Below, in pieces: positions 35,814-47,224 of a stretch of DNA of 64,000 bases. Position 1 is the first letter of the stretch. Each line of letters begins with the position of its first letter. The position numbers and the translations under genes were made by a program. Source of the stretch: Candidatus Latescibacterota bacterium (GTDB lineage: Bacteria; Latescibacterota; UBA2968; UBA8231); assembly GCA_007136405.1 (NCBI GenBank), contig SLHA01000007.1, positions 1 to 64,000 of the forward strand. Direction: 5' to 3'. The notes below the pieces were generated by a model. It searched no databases, had not been told where the DNA came from, and saw only the letters and a program-made list of their open reading frames with translations.

Positions 35814-38800
35814 ATGAAAAAGGGTGGACGAAACGCCCTGGTTGCGGTTGTGGCCGGTGTCGGGAGCATGCTGCTGCTGGGACTGTTCACTCCGGCCGGT
35901 CCCTGGTTGACTACGCGAATCGTGAAGTTGCTGAGCGCAGGTGAGGGTTGGGAATTGTCGGTCGACGCGCACACGGGGTCGTTCTTCACCGGATTTGCCT
36001 TACACCAGGTAGAAGCCCACAGTGTCGAGTCGGGTATCCATATCAGCCTGGAGCGACTGGACGCATCCCTGTGGGACAGATCCCTGGCCCTGTCCAGTCC
36101 GGCCATCCGCATGGATATCACACCGGTCAAGCCGGCGCCACCGGACACCATCGCACCGGAACCGCTGCGCCTGCCTGTGAACTGGCTTCCGGCCATGCAG
36201 CTTACGGACGGAAGTCTGGATGTCCATTGGACCGATACCGGCGAGCGACTGCAACTGAGAGGCGTGGGCGCACACTACAGCCCCGGCCCCACGGAGCAGG
36301 GCGTGCTGGAACTGGGCGTGTCGCACTGGGTTTTGCGGAGTACGGAAACCGACAGCCTGCCGGGCCACTTCAAGGCAGCCTTGCGGCTGGCGCCGGCAAG
36401 CGTATGGCTGGACTCCATGGCCTTCGGGTTGACGCTGGACACGCTGCATGTCGATCTGGAAGGCAGCGGCCGCCTGCTGCTGGAGCACGGGTATCCCGTG
36501 GATGTGGCGCTGCAAACGCGGCTCCACGATACGGCCCGTACCATACATGGCCGCATGGATCTGGAAACCAGCGGCCTGCTGGAACCGCTGGATATGCAAT
36601 TCGGCATCGCCGGTGATGCCGAGCATCCGCTGACCGCGGCGGTGAACTGGGCGGCTCGCGGCCGCGCCGAAGGCCCTCGCCTGACGCTGGACTCTCTTCA
36701 TGTGGCGCTGCTGGGCGGCCATGTGGCCGCCAGTGGCGGGTACGACCTGGACACCGACCGGCTGAACCTCCGGCTGGACGCTGAGGATATGAACCTCTCC
36801 GGACTCCTGGAAGGGTGGATCTTCGGTCCGTCGCAGCTGAACCTGCAGATGACCGCGGACCTGGCGGCGAAACACTATGACCTGGAAGGAAGATTGATCA
36901 TTCGGGATCTGGTCCTCGGTGACGCGGAACCGTTCACCGTGCAGGCGGATCTTCGGCATCGGCCTGATCATACCACCAGCATCGAGCTGTCCAGTCGCCT
37001 GGGCTGGCTGGAAGCGGCCGGCACCCTGAATCCGGTAGCGGGCCTGGATCCAGGCCAGTACGATCTGGTGCTGGAAGGTCAACTGGACGTCGAGCCCTGG
37101 TTGGGCCTCACCAGCGCACCTGTCCGTGTAGGCGGCCGGCTGAGGGGCGCCGATCACCAGGTGCTTTTGTCCACAGACCACGCCCCAGGGCCACTGGGGG
37201 AGCGTTTCGGCGTCCTGGCCCTGGATCTGCACTTGCGCGACCACCGCGACCTGCAAGCCCGCCTGACGCTGGAAGAGCAGCAATTACAGATGCTCGCCAG
37301 TATAGACCTGGCCACGGAACGCCTGGACACCCTGAAGACCACGCTTGCGCCCCTTGCCCTGGAGCGCCTGGCCGCCGGCGTGGATGGCACGGTATCCGGA
37401 AACGTGCAGGCCTCCGGCCGATTCTCGGGCGAGCAATTGCAGGCGCAGGGCAGCCTGCATCTGGACGGTCTGGCATACCAGGAGTGGCATACCGGACCCG
37501 TACGATTGGAGCTGGCGTATGCGGATCAACGTCTGCACGCCATCCTGGAAGGCAGCGGTCTGAATATCGACGCCGTGGTCGACACCACCATGCACATGGA
37601 TCTGACCGCCACCTTTACGGGAGCAATGTTGTATACCCGGGCGGGGGTCATCAACCCGGCTGACCGCAGCGACAACGGACCGGACACCACTGCCGGAAAC
37701 CGGACGGACGCATCCTCCGCACAGGATGAAAGGGTCGCTGCCAGCCTCACCGGTCAGCTGACCTGGCAGGGCCCGCTGGCGCAGCCGGAAGCGGCCACCG
37801 GGAAGCTGGATCTGGAAGATCTGGAGCTTTCATACCAGGAGTGGAGCGTGTATACGCTGTCGCCTCTGGCGCTGGTGTGGAGCCACGGCCGACTGACCGT
37901 GGACCAGGCGGAGTTGAATACCCCCCTGGGCCCATTGAACCTCAGAGGCAGCCTGGCGGCAGACTCGCTGTCGCTGAACGCAGTGTTGCCGGCCGTGGAT
38001 TGGAGCCGGATGACGCCGGGTCTGGAGGCCACCGGTTCGGTGCACCTGAAGCTGTCCGGCAGCACGGACGTGCCCCATGCACATGGCACTGTCACACTGA
38101 ACGACATCATGCTGGACAAACGTCCGGTCGGTTCCGCCAAGGCCGTGCTGGCCTTTGACGACAGCCTGCGCCTGGATCTGTCACTGGACCAGACGGCGCT
38201 CGCACAGTCGAATACGGACCCTGCTGAACCTGCGGCGGAGATCGTTCTGCGGTTTCCGTCAGGCCCCCTGCGCGGCCTGCTGAACGGTGCTGACGCCAAC
38301 GCCGCGTACGATATCCAGGATACCCGGGCTACGCTCGAGCTGGCGGCCCGTCAGGTCAACCTGAATGCCGTTCTCACACACCTTACGGAACACCCCAGCA
38401 AAGGCCATATCACCCTGGACGGGACTGTAGCGCTGCCCATCCGGGTCATACTGGAGGAGCTTGCAGGCTCACTACCGGGTGATGCTGGCGCCACATACGC
38501 TGAAGCGGCATTGCCGGGCAGCAGCTTGCTGACCGCCCTGGACGGAACGGTCACCTTCAGGGCCCTGCACTTCGAAACCGAGTTGAACGGCACTCCGGTC
38601 ACCGCGGATCTGGTCCCGGGCGGAACGCTGGTCGCCCACAACCGTGAGCTTGTCCTGAGCGACCTGCAAGTGGTCATGCAGCGATTTGACCGTGATCTGA
38701 GACGCGACGTCAAGGCAGGCCGGGTCCGGTTCGACGGTGCATTATCCGGCGAGGCGTTGTCGCGGTTGGAGCTGCTTGTCGAGGATCTGGATCTGGAGCT

Positions 38801-40364
38801 TTTCGACGGACCGGATGGCACTGCCAACATGCGGGCCGTCATCAGTGGCACGCCGCAGCAGCCAGAGCTGGACGTCGCTCTGGACTTGACCATCGGCGGA
38901 TTGGGGCAGGTCAACGCCCGCCTGGCACGCGCACATCACGCTGATGCCATCGAACTGGGCGCAACCTTCGCCACGGTGCTGGGCGACACCCTGGTGGTGC
39001 ACGGCCAGGTTCCCTGGAACCACGCATCCGGCTTGCCGGACCTTGCCGGTGGCACGGCCAGTCTGCGAACTGACGGACTGGACCTCCAGTTGATAGCCGA
39101 TATGTTGGCGGACTTCGCGATCGACCACGTGGAAGGCAGGTTGACTGCCGCAGTCGACATCGTCGGGCTTACCCTGAACGCCGAGTTGCACGGACAGATC
39201 ACCGTAGACGATCTGGGGGTCAGAATAGCTGACATCGATCCTACCTACCGCTTCCCCCAGGGGCGTCTGGTTTTCACCGGTCATCGCCTTGACCTGGAGA
39301 ATTTTCACAGCCCTGCCTCCCGTCAGAACGGCCGCATGGATCTTACCGGTCATATCGTGCTGGAACAGCTTGATGCGCCGGAATACGACCTGCAACTGCG
39401 CACCGACGGTCTGCGCCTCATGTTTCTGGATGTTTTCGACGCGGACCACATCGATCTGCGCATTGACCTGACCGGAACCACCACCAGCGCCCGTCTGGCG
39501 GGCGAGGTTCGCATCAGGAGAGCACTGGCCGAACCTTTGCTGGTCGCCTTCAACGCCCCTCCCGTGCCGCCACCGCCGCCCACCCTGAGAGACGAGTTTC
39601 TCGAACAGACAGCACTGGATCTGGTCGTCGATATCCGTAATCTGAAATTCGATACCGAACTGGCCAACGCAGACGTCTCCGGTGCTATCGATATCGGCGG
39701 CACCTTCCAGAAGCCGATATTTCAGGGGGGCATTCAGATCGATGAGGGCTCGGTCTTCATCCTGAACCGTGAATTCCTCTTCGAGCACGGCCGCATCGTG
39801 CTCAACAACCTGGAACCCACGCGCTCACTGCTGGATGTGGCCTATGATCCGCTGATTCTCAATCCGGAGCTCGATCTGAGCGCCCAGTCCAGCGTGATCG
39901 ATCGTGACAGTCGTGATGAATACGTGGTGCAACTGGATGTCAGGGGAACGGCGCGTAACCCAGCACCGCAGTTCACGTCGATGCCTGCCCTGGATTTCAA
40001 CAGCATCTTCCGCCTGCTGGCCTTTGGTTCCACTCAATCGCAGATGGAATACAGCGCCGCCCTGGGCACCGCTGCGGGCCAGCTGTTGAGCAAACACGTG
40101 GAGCGGGTCGGGCTGGACGAATTCACCGTGCTGCCTTCGGGCTCGGTCATCGGCACGGTGGGTTTGACGACACTGAGGCTGGGCAAGTATTTCGAGAATC
40201 TCCCCTTGCCGGTTTGGGTGCAGTACGAAGCGGCGTTGACGGATATGTCTTCCGGTGAGGTGCGGCTCGAGCACCGGCTGCTCAACTACCTCACCGTGTC
40301 CGGCACGGCGCACAGTAAGTATGAACGATATGGCTTGGGATTAGGACTGAGGAGGAGATTCTGA
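35814..40364 (+). CDS. tamB: Translocation and assembly module subunit TamB (AsmA-like, DUF490 C-terminus)
   Basis: 1516 aa. N-terminal signal-anchor. Very long beta-rich repetitive region. C-terminal DUF490-like LDFNSIFRLLAFG...YLTVSGTAHS. Confidence 0.8.
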   Translation: MKKGGRNALVAVVAGVGSMLLLGLFTPAGPWLTTRIVKLLSAGEGWELSVDAHTGSFFTGFALHQVEAHSVESGIHISLERLDASLWDRSLALSSPAIRMDITPVKPAPPDTIAPEPLRLPVNWLPAMQLTDGSLDVHWTDTGERLQLRGVGAHYSPGPTEQGVLELGVSHWVLRSTETDSLPGHFKAALRLAPASVWLDSMAFGLTLDTLHVDLEGSGRLLLEHGYPVDVALQTRLHDTARTIHGRMDLETSGLLEPLDMQFGIAGDAEHPLTAAVNWAARGRAEGPRLTLDSLHVALLGGHVAASGGYDLDTDRLNLRLDAEDMNLSGLLEGWIFGPSQLNLQMTADLAAKHYDLEGRLIIRDLVLGDAEPFTVQADLRHRPDHTTSIELSSRLGWLEAAGTLNPVAGLDPGQYDLVLEGQLDVEPWLGLTSAPVRVGGRLRGADHQVLLSTDHAPGPLGERFGVLALDLHLRDHRDLQARLTLEEQQLQMLASIDLATERLDTLKTTLAPLALERLAAGVDGTVSGNVQASGRFSGEQLQAQGSLHLDGLAYQEWHTGPVRLELAYADQRLHAILEGSGLNIDAVVDTTMHMDLTATFTGAMLYTRAGVINPADRSDNGPDTTAGNRTDASSAQDERVAASLTGQLTWQGPLAQPEAATGKLDLEDLELSYQEWSVYTLSPLALVWSHGRLTVDQAELNTPLGPLNLRGSLAADSLSLNAVLPAVDWSRMTPGLEATGSVHLKLSGSTDVPHAHGTVTLNDIMLDKRPVGSAKAVLAFDDSLRLDLSLDQTALAQSNTDPAEPAAEIVLRFPSGPLRGLLNGADANAAYDIQDTRATLELAARQVNLNAVLTHLTEHPSKGHITLDGTVALPIRVILEELAGSLPGDAGATYAEAALPGSSLLTALDGTVTFRALHFETELNGTPVTADLVPGGTLVAHNRELVLSDLQVVMQRFDRDLRRDVKAGRVRFDGALSGEALSRLELLVEDLDLELFDGPDGTANMRAVISGTPQQPELDVALDLTIGGLGQVNARLARAHHADAIELGATFATVLGDTLVVHGQVPWNHASGLPDLAGGTASLRTDGLDLQLIADMLADFAIDHVEGRLTAAVDIVGLTLNAELHGQITVDDLGVRIADIDPTYRFPQGRLVFTGHRLDLENFHSPASRQNGRMDLTGHIVLEQLDAPEYDLQLRTDGLRLMFLDVFDADHIDLRIDLTGTTTSARLAGEVRIRRALAEPLLVAFNAPPVPPPPPTLRDEFLEQTALDLVVDIRNLKFDTELANADVSGAIDIGGTFQKPIFQGGIQIDEGSVFILNREFLFEHGRIVLNNLEPTRSLLDVAYDPLILNPELDLSAQSSVIDRDSRDEYVVQLDVRGTARNPAPQFTSMPALDFNSIFRLLAFGSTQSQMEYSAALGTAAGQLLSKHVERVGLDEFTVLPSGSVIGTVGLTTLRLGKYFENLPLPVWVQYEAALTDMSSGEVRLEHRLLNYLTVSGTAHSKYERYGLGLGLRRRF

Positions 40365-42628
40365 TGTCGCAGGATTCGGCGCCGTACGGCGGCCGGCATC
40401 GGAGCCTCCGCAGCGCGGCTATGCGTGTCAACAGCACGTTGCGCCATGGTGACTGGCTGCGCCCTGCGCTCGTATGGATACTGATCATCCCGTTCCTGAT
40501 GCTGCCCTGCGCCGACGCGGCGGAGACCGGTGCGGATCGCCAGGTATCGCCGCGCGAAGCGGACGGTCTGCGGGTCGAGGCGATCCGATTCGTGTACCCT
40601 GGTGAGCAGGCATTGAGCAACAGAGACCTGCGCAGCGCTATGCGCATCCAGGAAGGAGGACGCTTCCGCCACGGTTTTTTCCGGGGAGACCTGGCCACCC
40701 TGGTGGCGCTGTACCAGAGCCGCGGCTACCGCGAGGCCCAGATCACGCGGCGACAGCTCATAGTGGACGAAAACGACCGTCTGCGCATAACCATCGAACT
40801 GGACAGCGGTCCCCGCTGGCGCGTGCGCCAGGTGAGTGTCGTCGGCACCGAGACCTTTTCCGTACCCGAGTTGCTGGCCCAGGTTCCCGTGGCAACGGGA
40901 GACGACCTGAACTACGGTCGGGTGCTGGAGGGCGAGCGCAATTTGCAGATCTACCTCAACCGGCGCGGACATGCACGGGCAACCATCTCCAACGAATGGA
41001 TCGACTACCCGGAATCCCATATCGCCGACGTGATCTACCATGTCAACGCCGGCCCGCGGATGTACATCGGCGAGATCACCATTCAGGACGAGGACGATCT
41101 GCAGACGCGCAGCAGCCTGGTCTGGAACGCGCTGACGTTCAAAGAGGGTGACCTGTACGATCCGGGCGAACTGTCGCGCAGCCGCCAGGCGTTGACCGAG
41201 ACCGAACTGTTCCGCTCCGTTTTCTTCTCCACCCCTGAACGGGCCATTGAAGATAGTCTCCAACCGGTCCATATCCGGTTGCAGGAACGCAAGTTCATCG
41301 TGCTGGACGCCAACGCGTACGTCAACTACGTTCCCGGCGATATCAATCCGCGCGTGGCCGGCTCCATACAGCACATCAACTGGCTGGGACGCGGTATGAA
41401 GCTGGGCCTGGATGCCAGCTGGGGTGAACCGCTTCAGGGTGGAACCGTGTTCATGATGGAGCGCGACCTGTTGCGCTCCGGCGCGGACCTGGTCCTGTCG
41501 GTAGGTGTAACTGACCGTTGGGGCGGCACACAGGTATTCGCCGACCCGGATGAAGAGCGGCAATTCGACCTCCTCACCACCAACGACTCCGTCCTGGAGG
41601 GACTGCTGCTGTTTGGCGGCGAGGACGTCGCCCGGCAGTACATACAGACCGTCGTCTACGACTACACGGCCATCACCCGGCGGAAGGAAATCTCGGGAAC
41701 CTTGTCGCGCCGCTGGTTCGAGAGCTTCAACACCCAGGCCCGGGTCGACTATACGCGGGCCCGAAGTGCGCCGGACCCGACGCGGAACATCCGCTATACG
41801 CCCAGTGACATTCACACAGGCCCCACGGACCCGGGAGACGACGATCCCTGGGATGACGATCCGTGGGATGACCCCTGGGATGATGACCCCTGGAACGATG
41901 ATCCGTGGAACGATGATCCGTGGGGCAATGGCGACAACGGCAACGCGGCCAATGGCACCGCGCCGGGCTACCTGGACTACAGCGATGGCCATATCCCCAT
42001 CGACGGTACTTGGAAGTCCATCCTCACGGACCGGTCTCGATCCATCAACCTGTCCACGGAAATCGTCCGGGACACCCGCGACAGCCAGATCGCTCCCAGC
42101 CGCGGATCGTTCGTGCGCCTGAGCGGATTGTACGCTATCCAGCTGGATGCCCGCACCACGGATGTGGTGGACGGTACCGCCGAGGTCCGCCAGTATCAGC
42201 GTCTTTCCAGGCGCTTCACACTGGCCATGGCCGGACAGTACACCCGCACCGCCGCCGTTGACAAAGATCGCGCCTTGCCGCAGGTCTACTGGAAGCGGTT
42301 TGGGGGCGACGGCAGCGTGCGCGGAGTGGAGCGGGACGGTATCGTCGCCATCGGCGGCGGCCGCACAGGGGTCAACCTGCGCGCCGAATTGCGTTACCAG
42401 TCCGGAGCCTTCGGCATGGTGGGTTTCCTGGACCGGGGCAATGTATGGCGACGATCCAGCGACTACGAGTGGCACGACCTGATACGCCCCAGCGGTATGG
42501 TCGACGGCTACGGCATCGGACTGCGCTATGTGGTGGGTTTCCCGTTCCGGCTGGACATCGCATTTTCAGACGGCTTCAACACCGAGGACAGATTCCGGAT
42601 CTACTTCAGCATCGGCCAGGCATTCTGA
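40364..42628 (+). CDS. tamA: Omp85-family outer-membrane protein TamA/BamA-like (POTRA domains plus 16-strand barrel), with a DPW acidic repeat insertion
   Basis: POTRA-like domains. C-terminal beta-signal …[13 protein letters not shown] overlaps the tamB stop (ATGA...TGA context). Insertion [34 protein letters not shown]. Confidence 0.75.
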   Translation: MSQDSAPYGGRHRSLRSAAMRVNSTLRHGDWLRPALVWILIIPFLMLPCADAAETGADRQVSPREADGLRVEAIRFVYPGEQALSNRDLRSAMRIQEGGRFRHGFFRGDLATLVALYQSRGYREAQITRRQLIVDENDRLRITIELDSGPRWRVRQVSVVGTETFSVPELLAQVPVATGDDLNYGRVLEGERNLQIYLNRRGHARATISNEWIDYPESHIADVIYHVNAGPRMYIGEITIQDEDDLQTRSSLVWNALTFKEGDLYDPGELSRSRQALTETELFRSVFFSTPERAIEDSLQPVHIRLQERKFIVLDANAYVNYVPGDINPRVAGSIQHINWLGRGMKLGLDASWGEPLQGGTVFMMERDLLRSGADLVLSVGVTDRWGGTQVFADPDEERQFDLLTTNDSVLEGLLLFGGEDVARQYIQTVVYDYTAITRRKEISGTLSRRWFESFNTQARVDYTRARSAPDPTRNIRYTPSDIHTGPTDPGDDDPWDDDPWDDPWDDDPWNDDPWNDDPWGNGDNGNAANGTAPGYLDYSDGHIPIDGTWKSILTDRSRSINLSTEIVRDTRDSQIAPSRGSFVRLSGLYAIQLDARTTDVVDGTAEVRQYQRLSRRFTLAMAGQYTRTAAVDKDRALPQVYWKRFGGDGSVRGVERDGIVAIGGGRTGVNLRAELRYQSGAFGMVGFLDRGNVWRRSSDYEWHDLIRPSGMVDGYGIGLRYVVGFPFRLDIAFSDGFNTEDRFRIYFSIGQAF

Positions 42629-42674
42629 ACACCGGTCCGTCACTACAGGCGGATTCGCAGAGAGGAGAACTTGG

Positions 42675-44537
42675 ATGGCCAGTGGCAGATACCGCAGCAG
42701 CGCGACCACGCAGGGTCGCCGCATGGCTGGCGCCCGCGCTCTCTGGCGCGCCACGGGCATGACTAGTGAGGATTTTGACAAACCCATCGTCGCCATCGCC
42801 AATTCGTTCACCCAGTTCGTTCCGGGGCATGTGCACCTGCACGCCGTCGGTCAGCAGGTCAAAAAGGTGATCGAAGCAAACGGCGGTGTCGGCGTGGAGT
42901 TCAACACCATCGCCGTAGACGACGGCATTGCCATGGGCCACGATGGCATGCTCTATTCGTTGCCCAGCCGTGATCTGATCGCGGACAGCATCGAATACAT
43001 GGTAAACGCCCACAAGGCGGATGCGTTGTTCTGCATCTCCAATTGCGACAAGATCACTCCCGGGATGCAGATCGCCGCGCTCCGGCTCAACCTGCCCACC
43101 ATTTTCGTCTCCGGCGGTCCCATGGAAGCCGGCAAGGCGCATCTGCCATCCGGGGAAACCAAGCTCGACCTGATCGATTCGATGATCGCCGCCGGGGATG
43201 CCTCGGTCAGTGACGAGGAACTGGAGCAGATCGAAGCCATGGCCTGTCCTACATGCGGTTCCTGCTCCGGAATGTTCACCGCCAACTCGATGAACTGCCT
43301 GTGCGAGGCCATCGGCCTGGCACTGCCCGGCAACGGTACCATCCTGGCCAGTCACAAACTCCGCTGGGAGCTGTTCGAACAGGCCGGAGCCCGTATCGTG
43401 GAGATGGCACGCGCCTACTATCTGCAGGGTGACCACTCCGTGCTGCCACGCAGCATCTGCACCATGGCAGCCTTCGAGAACGCCATGTCCCTGGACATCG
43501 CCATGGGCGGCTCCACCAACACCGTACTGCACCTGCTGGCCATGGCCCGTGCCGCCGAAGTTCCGTTCACCATGGCCGACATCGACCGGCTGTCGCGTCA
43601 GGTGCCGTGCATTTGTAAAGTGGCGCCCTCCACGAACCAATACCATATCGAGGATGTGGCCCGTGCCGGCGGCATTGCCGCCATTCTCGGCGAACTGCAC
43701 CGGGCCGGCAGGATCCACGGTGAACCGCATACCGTACTCGGCCTCACCCAGGAAGAGCAACTCGGCTGCAGCGACATCCGCGACCCCCGCGGCACAGCCG
43801 ACCGGTTCGCCCATCAACGCAGCCTGGCCGCACCCGGCAACCAGCGGTCCATCGTCGCCTTCAGCCAGGAATCGTGGTTCGACACCGCGGATACGGACGC
43901 GCGCCACGGCTGTATCCGCGCCGTGGAACACGCGTATTCGCAAGATGGCGGCCTGGCGGTGCTGTATGGCAACATCGCCACGGAGGGTTGCATCGTGAAG
44001 ACGGCCGGCGTGGACGAGTCCATTCTGGTATTCGAAGGTCCGGCGAAAATCTACGAGAGCCAGGAGGAGGCCTGCGATGCCATTCTCGACGGCCAGGTGC
44101 AGGCCGGCGACGTGGTCGTCATCCGGTACGAGGGGCCCAAAGGCGGCCCGGGCATGCAGGAGATGCTGTACCCCACCTCATACATCAAGTCGCGCAAACT
44201 GGGCACGCAGTGTGCCCTGCTCACGGACGGCCGGTTCAGCGGCGGCACTTCCGGACTGTCCATCGGTCACGTCTCGCCGGAGGCGGCGGAAGGTGGCGCC
44301 ATCGCGCTGCTCGAGGACGGAGACCTGGTCCGGATCGACATCCCCAACCGGTCGATCGACGTGCAACTGTCCGACGCCGCGTTGAATGAGCGGCGCCAGC
44401 GACTGGAAGCCACCAGCGACAAGGCCTACAAGCCCGCCCGCCGCCAACGGCAGGTTTCCGAAGCGCTGCGGACCTACGCCGCGTTGACCACCAGCGCCGC
44501 CCGGGGCGCCGTCCGCGACGTCAGCCAGGTGGAATAG
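42675..44537 (+). CDS. ilvD: Dihydroxy-acid dehydratase
   Basis: Near-collinear similarity to E. coli IlvD from the N-terminus ([14 protein letters not shown]...[13 protein letters not shown]) through [29 protein letters not shown], to the C-terminal [26 protein letters not shown]. Confidence 0.9.
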   Translation: MASGRYRSSATTQGRRMAGARALWRATGMTSEDFDKPIVAIANSFTQFVPGHVHLHAVGQQVKKVIEANGGVGVEFNTIAVDDGIAMGHDGMLYSLPSRDLIADSIEYMVNAHKADALFCISNCDKITPGMQIAALRLNLPTIFVSGGPMEAGKAHLPSGETKLDLIDSMIAAGDASVSDEELEQIEAMACPTCGSCSGMFTANSMNCLCEAIGLALPGNGTILASHKLRWELFEQAGARIVEMARAYYLQGDHSVLPRSICTMAAFENAMSLDIAMGGSTNTVLHLLAMARAAEVPFTMADIDRLSRQVPCICKVAPSTNQYHIEDVARAGGIAAILGELHRAGRIHGEPHTVLGLTQEEQLGCSDIRDPRGTADRFAHQRSLAAPGNQRSIVAFSQESWFDTADTDARHGCIRAVEHAYSQDGGLAVLYGNIATEGCIVKTAGVDESILVFEGPAKIYESQEEACDAILDGQVQAGDVVVIRYEGPKGGPGMQEMLYPTSYIKSRKLGTQCALLTDGRFSGGTSGLSIGHVSPEAAEGGAIALLEDGDLVRIDIPNRSIDVQLSDAALNERRQRLEATSDKAYKPARRQRQVSEALRTYAALTTSAARGAVRDVSQVE

Positions 44538-44635
44538 AAACAGTGGAGATATCAGGGCTGTAGCATTGTGGCGCCGCTGCTGGCAGTGGCGTGGCCGCGG
44601 GGGACTGAGCCGGGGCTGACGGCCGGTGAGCGCCC

Positions 44636-45469
44636 GTGACCCATCAACCCCCCAGCGGAGATGAGCACTTGAAGAAGAAGGTTCTACTGACAGGCATCAA
44701 CGGTACCGTAGCGCAAGCGCTGAAGAGGCAGCTGTCGGAGCGCTACGATATTACGGGTATCAGCGTCGCCCGCATGGACTCGGTTATCGACCGGATCGGC
44801 ACGCTTCCAGAGCCAACCTGGCGCGCCCAGCTGCAAGCGTACGGCCAGCAGGTGATGGAGCAGCTCACTTCCGCCCTGCATGGGGTGGATGCCGTGGCGC
44901 ACCTGGGCTGGAATACCCGCGACGAACACTGCGGCGCGGGTCTGGATCCCCTCAACATATTCGTGGTCGACTGCGTATACCGCGCCGCCATCGCTGAAAA
45001 GATCCCGCGCATCTACATGGCCAGCTCGGTACACGCGTATGATTTTCCACGCTTCTACCAACAGGACGTGGAGCCTGTCAAGCCATTCCCGGACGTGCGG
45101 CAGGATCCCTTCGGCGTTCCGCCCACCAGTCTGTACGGCGTGAGTAAACGCTGGATGGAGATTGCCGGCCAGTATTATGCCAACCAGCTGCATGACGGTC
45201 AAAAAATCCTGGTGGTGCGGCTGGGTGCCGTGAATGGGAACGGCCTGCCGTATCGCCCCGGCAGCCGGCTGTGGAACAGCCATCAGGACCTGGGCGGGCT
45301 GTTGACGGCGTTCATCGAATGTGAGAATGCACCCAGATTCTGGGTGTCGTTCGGCGTCTCCAACAACCATGGGGGGGCGTTTACCCAGCCGCTCTTCGAC
45401 CCCGTCAACCCCTATGGCTTCGAACCCGGCGGCAATGCCTTCGAGGTAGACATGCCGGATCGGACTTGA
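44636..45469 (+). CDS. NAD-dependent epimerase/dehydratase family protein (Rossmann fold)
   Basis: N-terminal KKVLLTGINGTVAQAL dinucleotide-binding motif. YxxxK-like SLYGVSK catalytic motif. An alternative TTG start at 44669 is possible. Confidence 0.6.
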   Translation: MTHQPPSGDEHLKKKVLLTGINGTVAQALKRQLSERYDITGISVARMDSVIDRIGTLPEPTWRAQLQAYGQQVMEQLTSALHGVDAVAHLGWNTRDEHCGAGLDPLNIFVVDCVYRAAIAEKIPRIYMASSVHAYDFPRFYQQDVEPVKPFPDVRQDPFGVPPTSLYGVSKRWMEIAGQYYANQLHDGQKILVVRLGAVNGNGLPYRPGSRLWNSHQDLGGLLTAFIECENAPRFWVSFGVSNNHGGAFTQPLFDPVNPYGFEPGGNAFEVDMPDRT

Positions 45470-45671
45470 CGGCTGCTGAGCGCGCGGCCGCAGTGTCCTC
45501 GGCGTAACGGCCTCAGGGAAGGCCTGTCAACCAGATCCCGGCGACCGCCTGCCACCACGAATTCGCCGATCTGCCAGAGTGGCCCGGCATTTCGAATATG
45601 GGCTGCCGCGCCATCCGTTCCGGTGCTGACACAGCCGGAAGCACACGCCCGAAAACACCAGGAGGTTGTCC

Positions 45672-46964
45672 ATGGCTCTTCATCTGGGTCTCGCCCGTGC
45701 CGACATCACGCCACCAGTGGGCATACCTATGGTCGGTTTTGCCGGCCGTGACGACTCGACGGACGTGCACGATCCGCTTACTGCCACGGCCTTGCTGCTG
45801 GTTGACGCCGGAGACCCATTGCTGCTCGTATGCATGGATCTCCTGCAATTGACCGGGGACACGGTGGCCACGTGCCGCCAGGCCATGGCCGTCGCGTCCG
45901 GCGTCCCGGCCGAACGCATCATGCTGGCTTGCGCCCATAATCACTACGGGCCCAACGTCGACCGGGGTGAGGGACGGGACGTCGTCGACGCCTATCGCAA
46001 TCACTTGCTGCACGTGCTGGCCGGGCTGGCCCAACGTGCCGCGGCGGCGCCGGTGGAGACCCGCCTCGGCGTGGGCTGGGGCTCGTCGGACATCGGCATC
46101 AACCGGCGCGAACGGCGCTCCGACGGCCAGATCGTCCTGGGTAACAACCCGGACGGACCCGTCGACCGGGATGTGGGAGTGGCGCGTTTCGACGCGCCCG
46201 ACGGCACGCCGTTGGCCGTCCTCGCCCATTTCGCCTGTCACCCGGTCTGCCAGGGCAGCCGCATGACCGCGTTGTCGGCGGATTACCCGGGCAGCATGCG
46301 CCAGGTGGTGGAGTCATTGGCGGGCGCGCCCTGTCTGTTCCTGCAGGGCGCCGGAGCCAACATCAACCCGATCCGCATGGAACACGCGTATGAACCGGCA
46401 CGGACGCTGGGCACGCGACTGGGCTGCGAAGTGGCGCGCGTCTGGGAAACCATCGAACCGCGGGAATCCGGCGGCGTGGCCGCGGTAACCGAGTGGGTCG
46501 AACTGCCCGGGTACCGGTACGACTCGGAAGCCAACGCCCGGACGCTGCGGGACGAGTTGCGCCAGCAGGCGGAGAAACTGGATGTCCCGGGGGCATCGGC
46601 CAGCGCGCGCTACTGGACTCAGGCCCGGCTGGAGCGGGTCGAGCAGGTGGTGGCGGCCTGGTCCGGGCAAGGAACGCTGGAACCGATCAGGGCCGAGTTG
46701 CAGGCCTGGCGAATCGGCGAGCTGGCACTCACCAGTGCTCCCGGCGAGATATTCAACGAAATCGGCCGCCGGGTAAAACAGGCCTCGCCGTTCCGGCACA
46801 CCTTCTTCGCTGCCTACGCCAACGGCTCCATCGGTTACGTGCCCGTGCGCGAAGCGTATCCGGAGGGGGGCTACGAAGTGACCCACGCCTGTCGCGTGGA
46901 CCCGGAAGCCGGTGATCTGATCGTCGACGCCGGTGTCCGCCTGCTCGGCCAGCTGGTGTCCTGA
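45672..46964 (+). CDS. Neutral/alkaline non-lysosomal ceramidase-like hydrolase (N-terminal domain family)
   Basis: AGGAGG RBS. N-terminal LGLARADITPPVGIPMVGFAGR and CAHNHYGP-type motifs characteristic of the neutral ceramidase N-terminal domain. Confidence 0.55.
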   Translation: MALHLGLARADITPPVGIPMVGFAGRDDSTDVHDPLTATALLLVDAGDPLLLVCMDLLQLTGDTVATCRQAMAVASGVPAERIMLACAHNHYGPNVDRGEGRDVVDAYRNHLLHVLAGLAQRAAAAPVETRLGVGWGSSDIGINRRERRSDGQIVLGNNPDGPVDRDVGVARFDAPDGTPLAVLAHFACHPVCQGSRMTALSADYPGSMRQVVESLAGAPCLFLQGAGANINPIRMEHAYEPARTLGTRLGCEVARVWETIEPRESGGVAAVTEWVELPGYRYDSEANARTLRDELRQQAEKLDVPGASASARYWTQARLERVEQVVAAWSGQGTLEPIRAELQAWRIGELALTSAPGEIFNEIGRRVKQASPFRHTFFAAYANGSIGYVPVREAYPEGGYEVTHACRVDPEAGDLIVDAGVRLLGQLVS

Positions 46965-47224
46965 GTCGCTGATGGACCGGGCAGCGGGGCGAGATAATGC
47001 GCCGAGGGCGCGGACGCAGCGCGTCGCGCCTCCAGCCCAGGTGCGCCACGGCATCCACCTCGTGCAGAGCGGAAGTGAGCTGCTCCATCGACAGCCTGCG
47101 CCCGTTATCTGGCATTTCGGAGCTCGTTACCTCGCGGAGACGGGCGGCGGCCTTTGGCGCTAGTCGCCGCAGTTCCTTCGTCACTGCCGTGTGTCTGCCC
47201 GGCCCGCGCACCCGGAGAACGACG

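Noticed and set aside
36000-37283. 427-aa minus-strand ORF inside tamB
   Set aside because: Antisense to the 1516-aa TamB ORF. High-GC antisense artefact.
40286-42475. 729-aa minus-strand ORF
   Set aside because: Antisense to tamA, which has POTRA domains, a barrel and a C-terminal beta-signal on the plus strand.
42606-43943. 445-aa minus-strand ORF
   Set aside because: Antisense to ilvD, which is near-collinear with E. coli IlvD.
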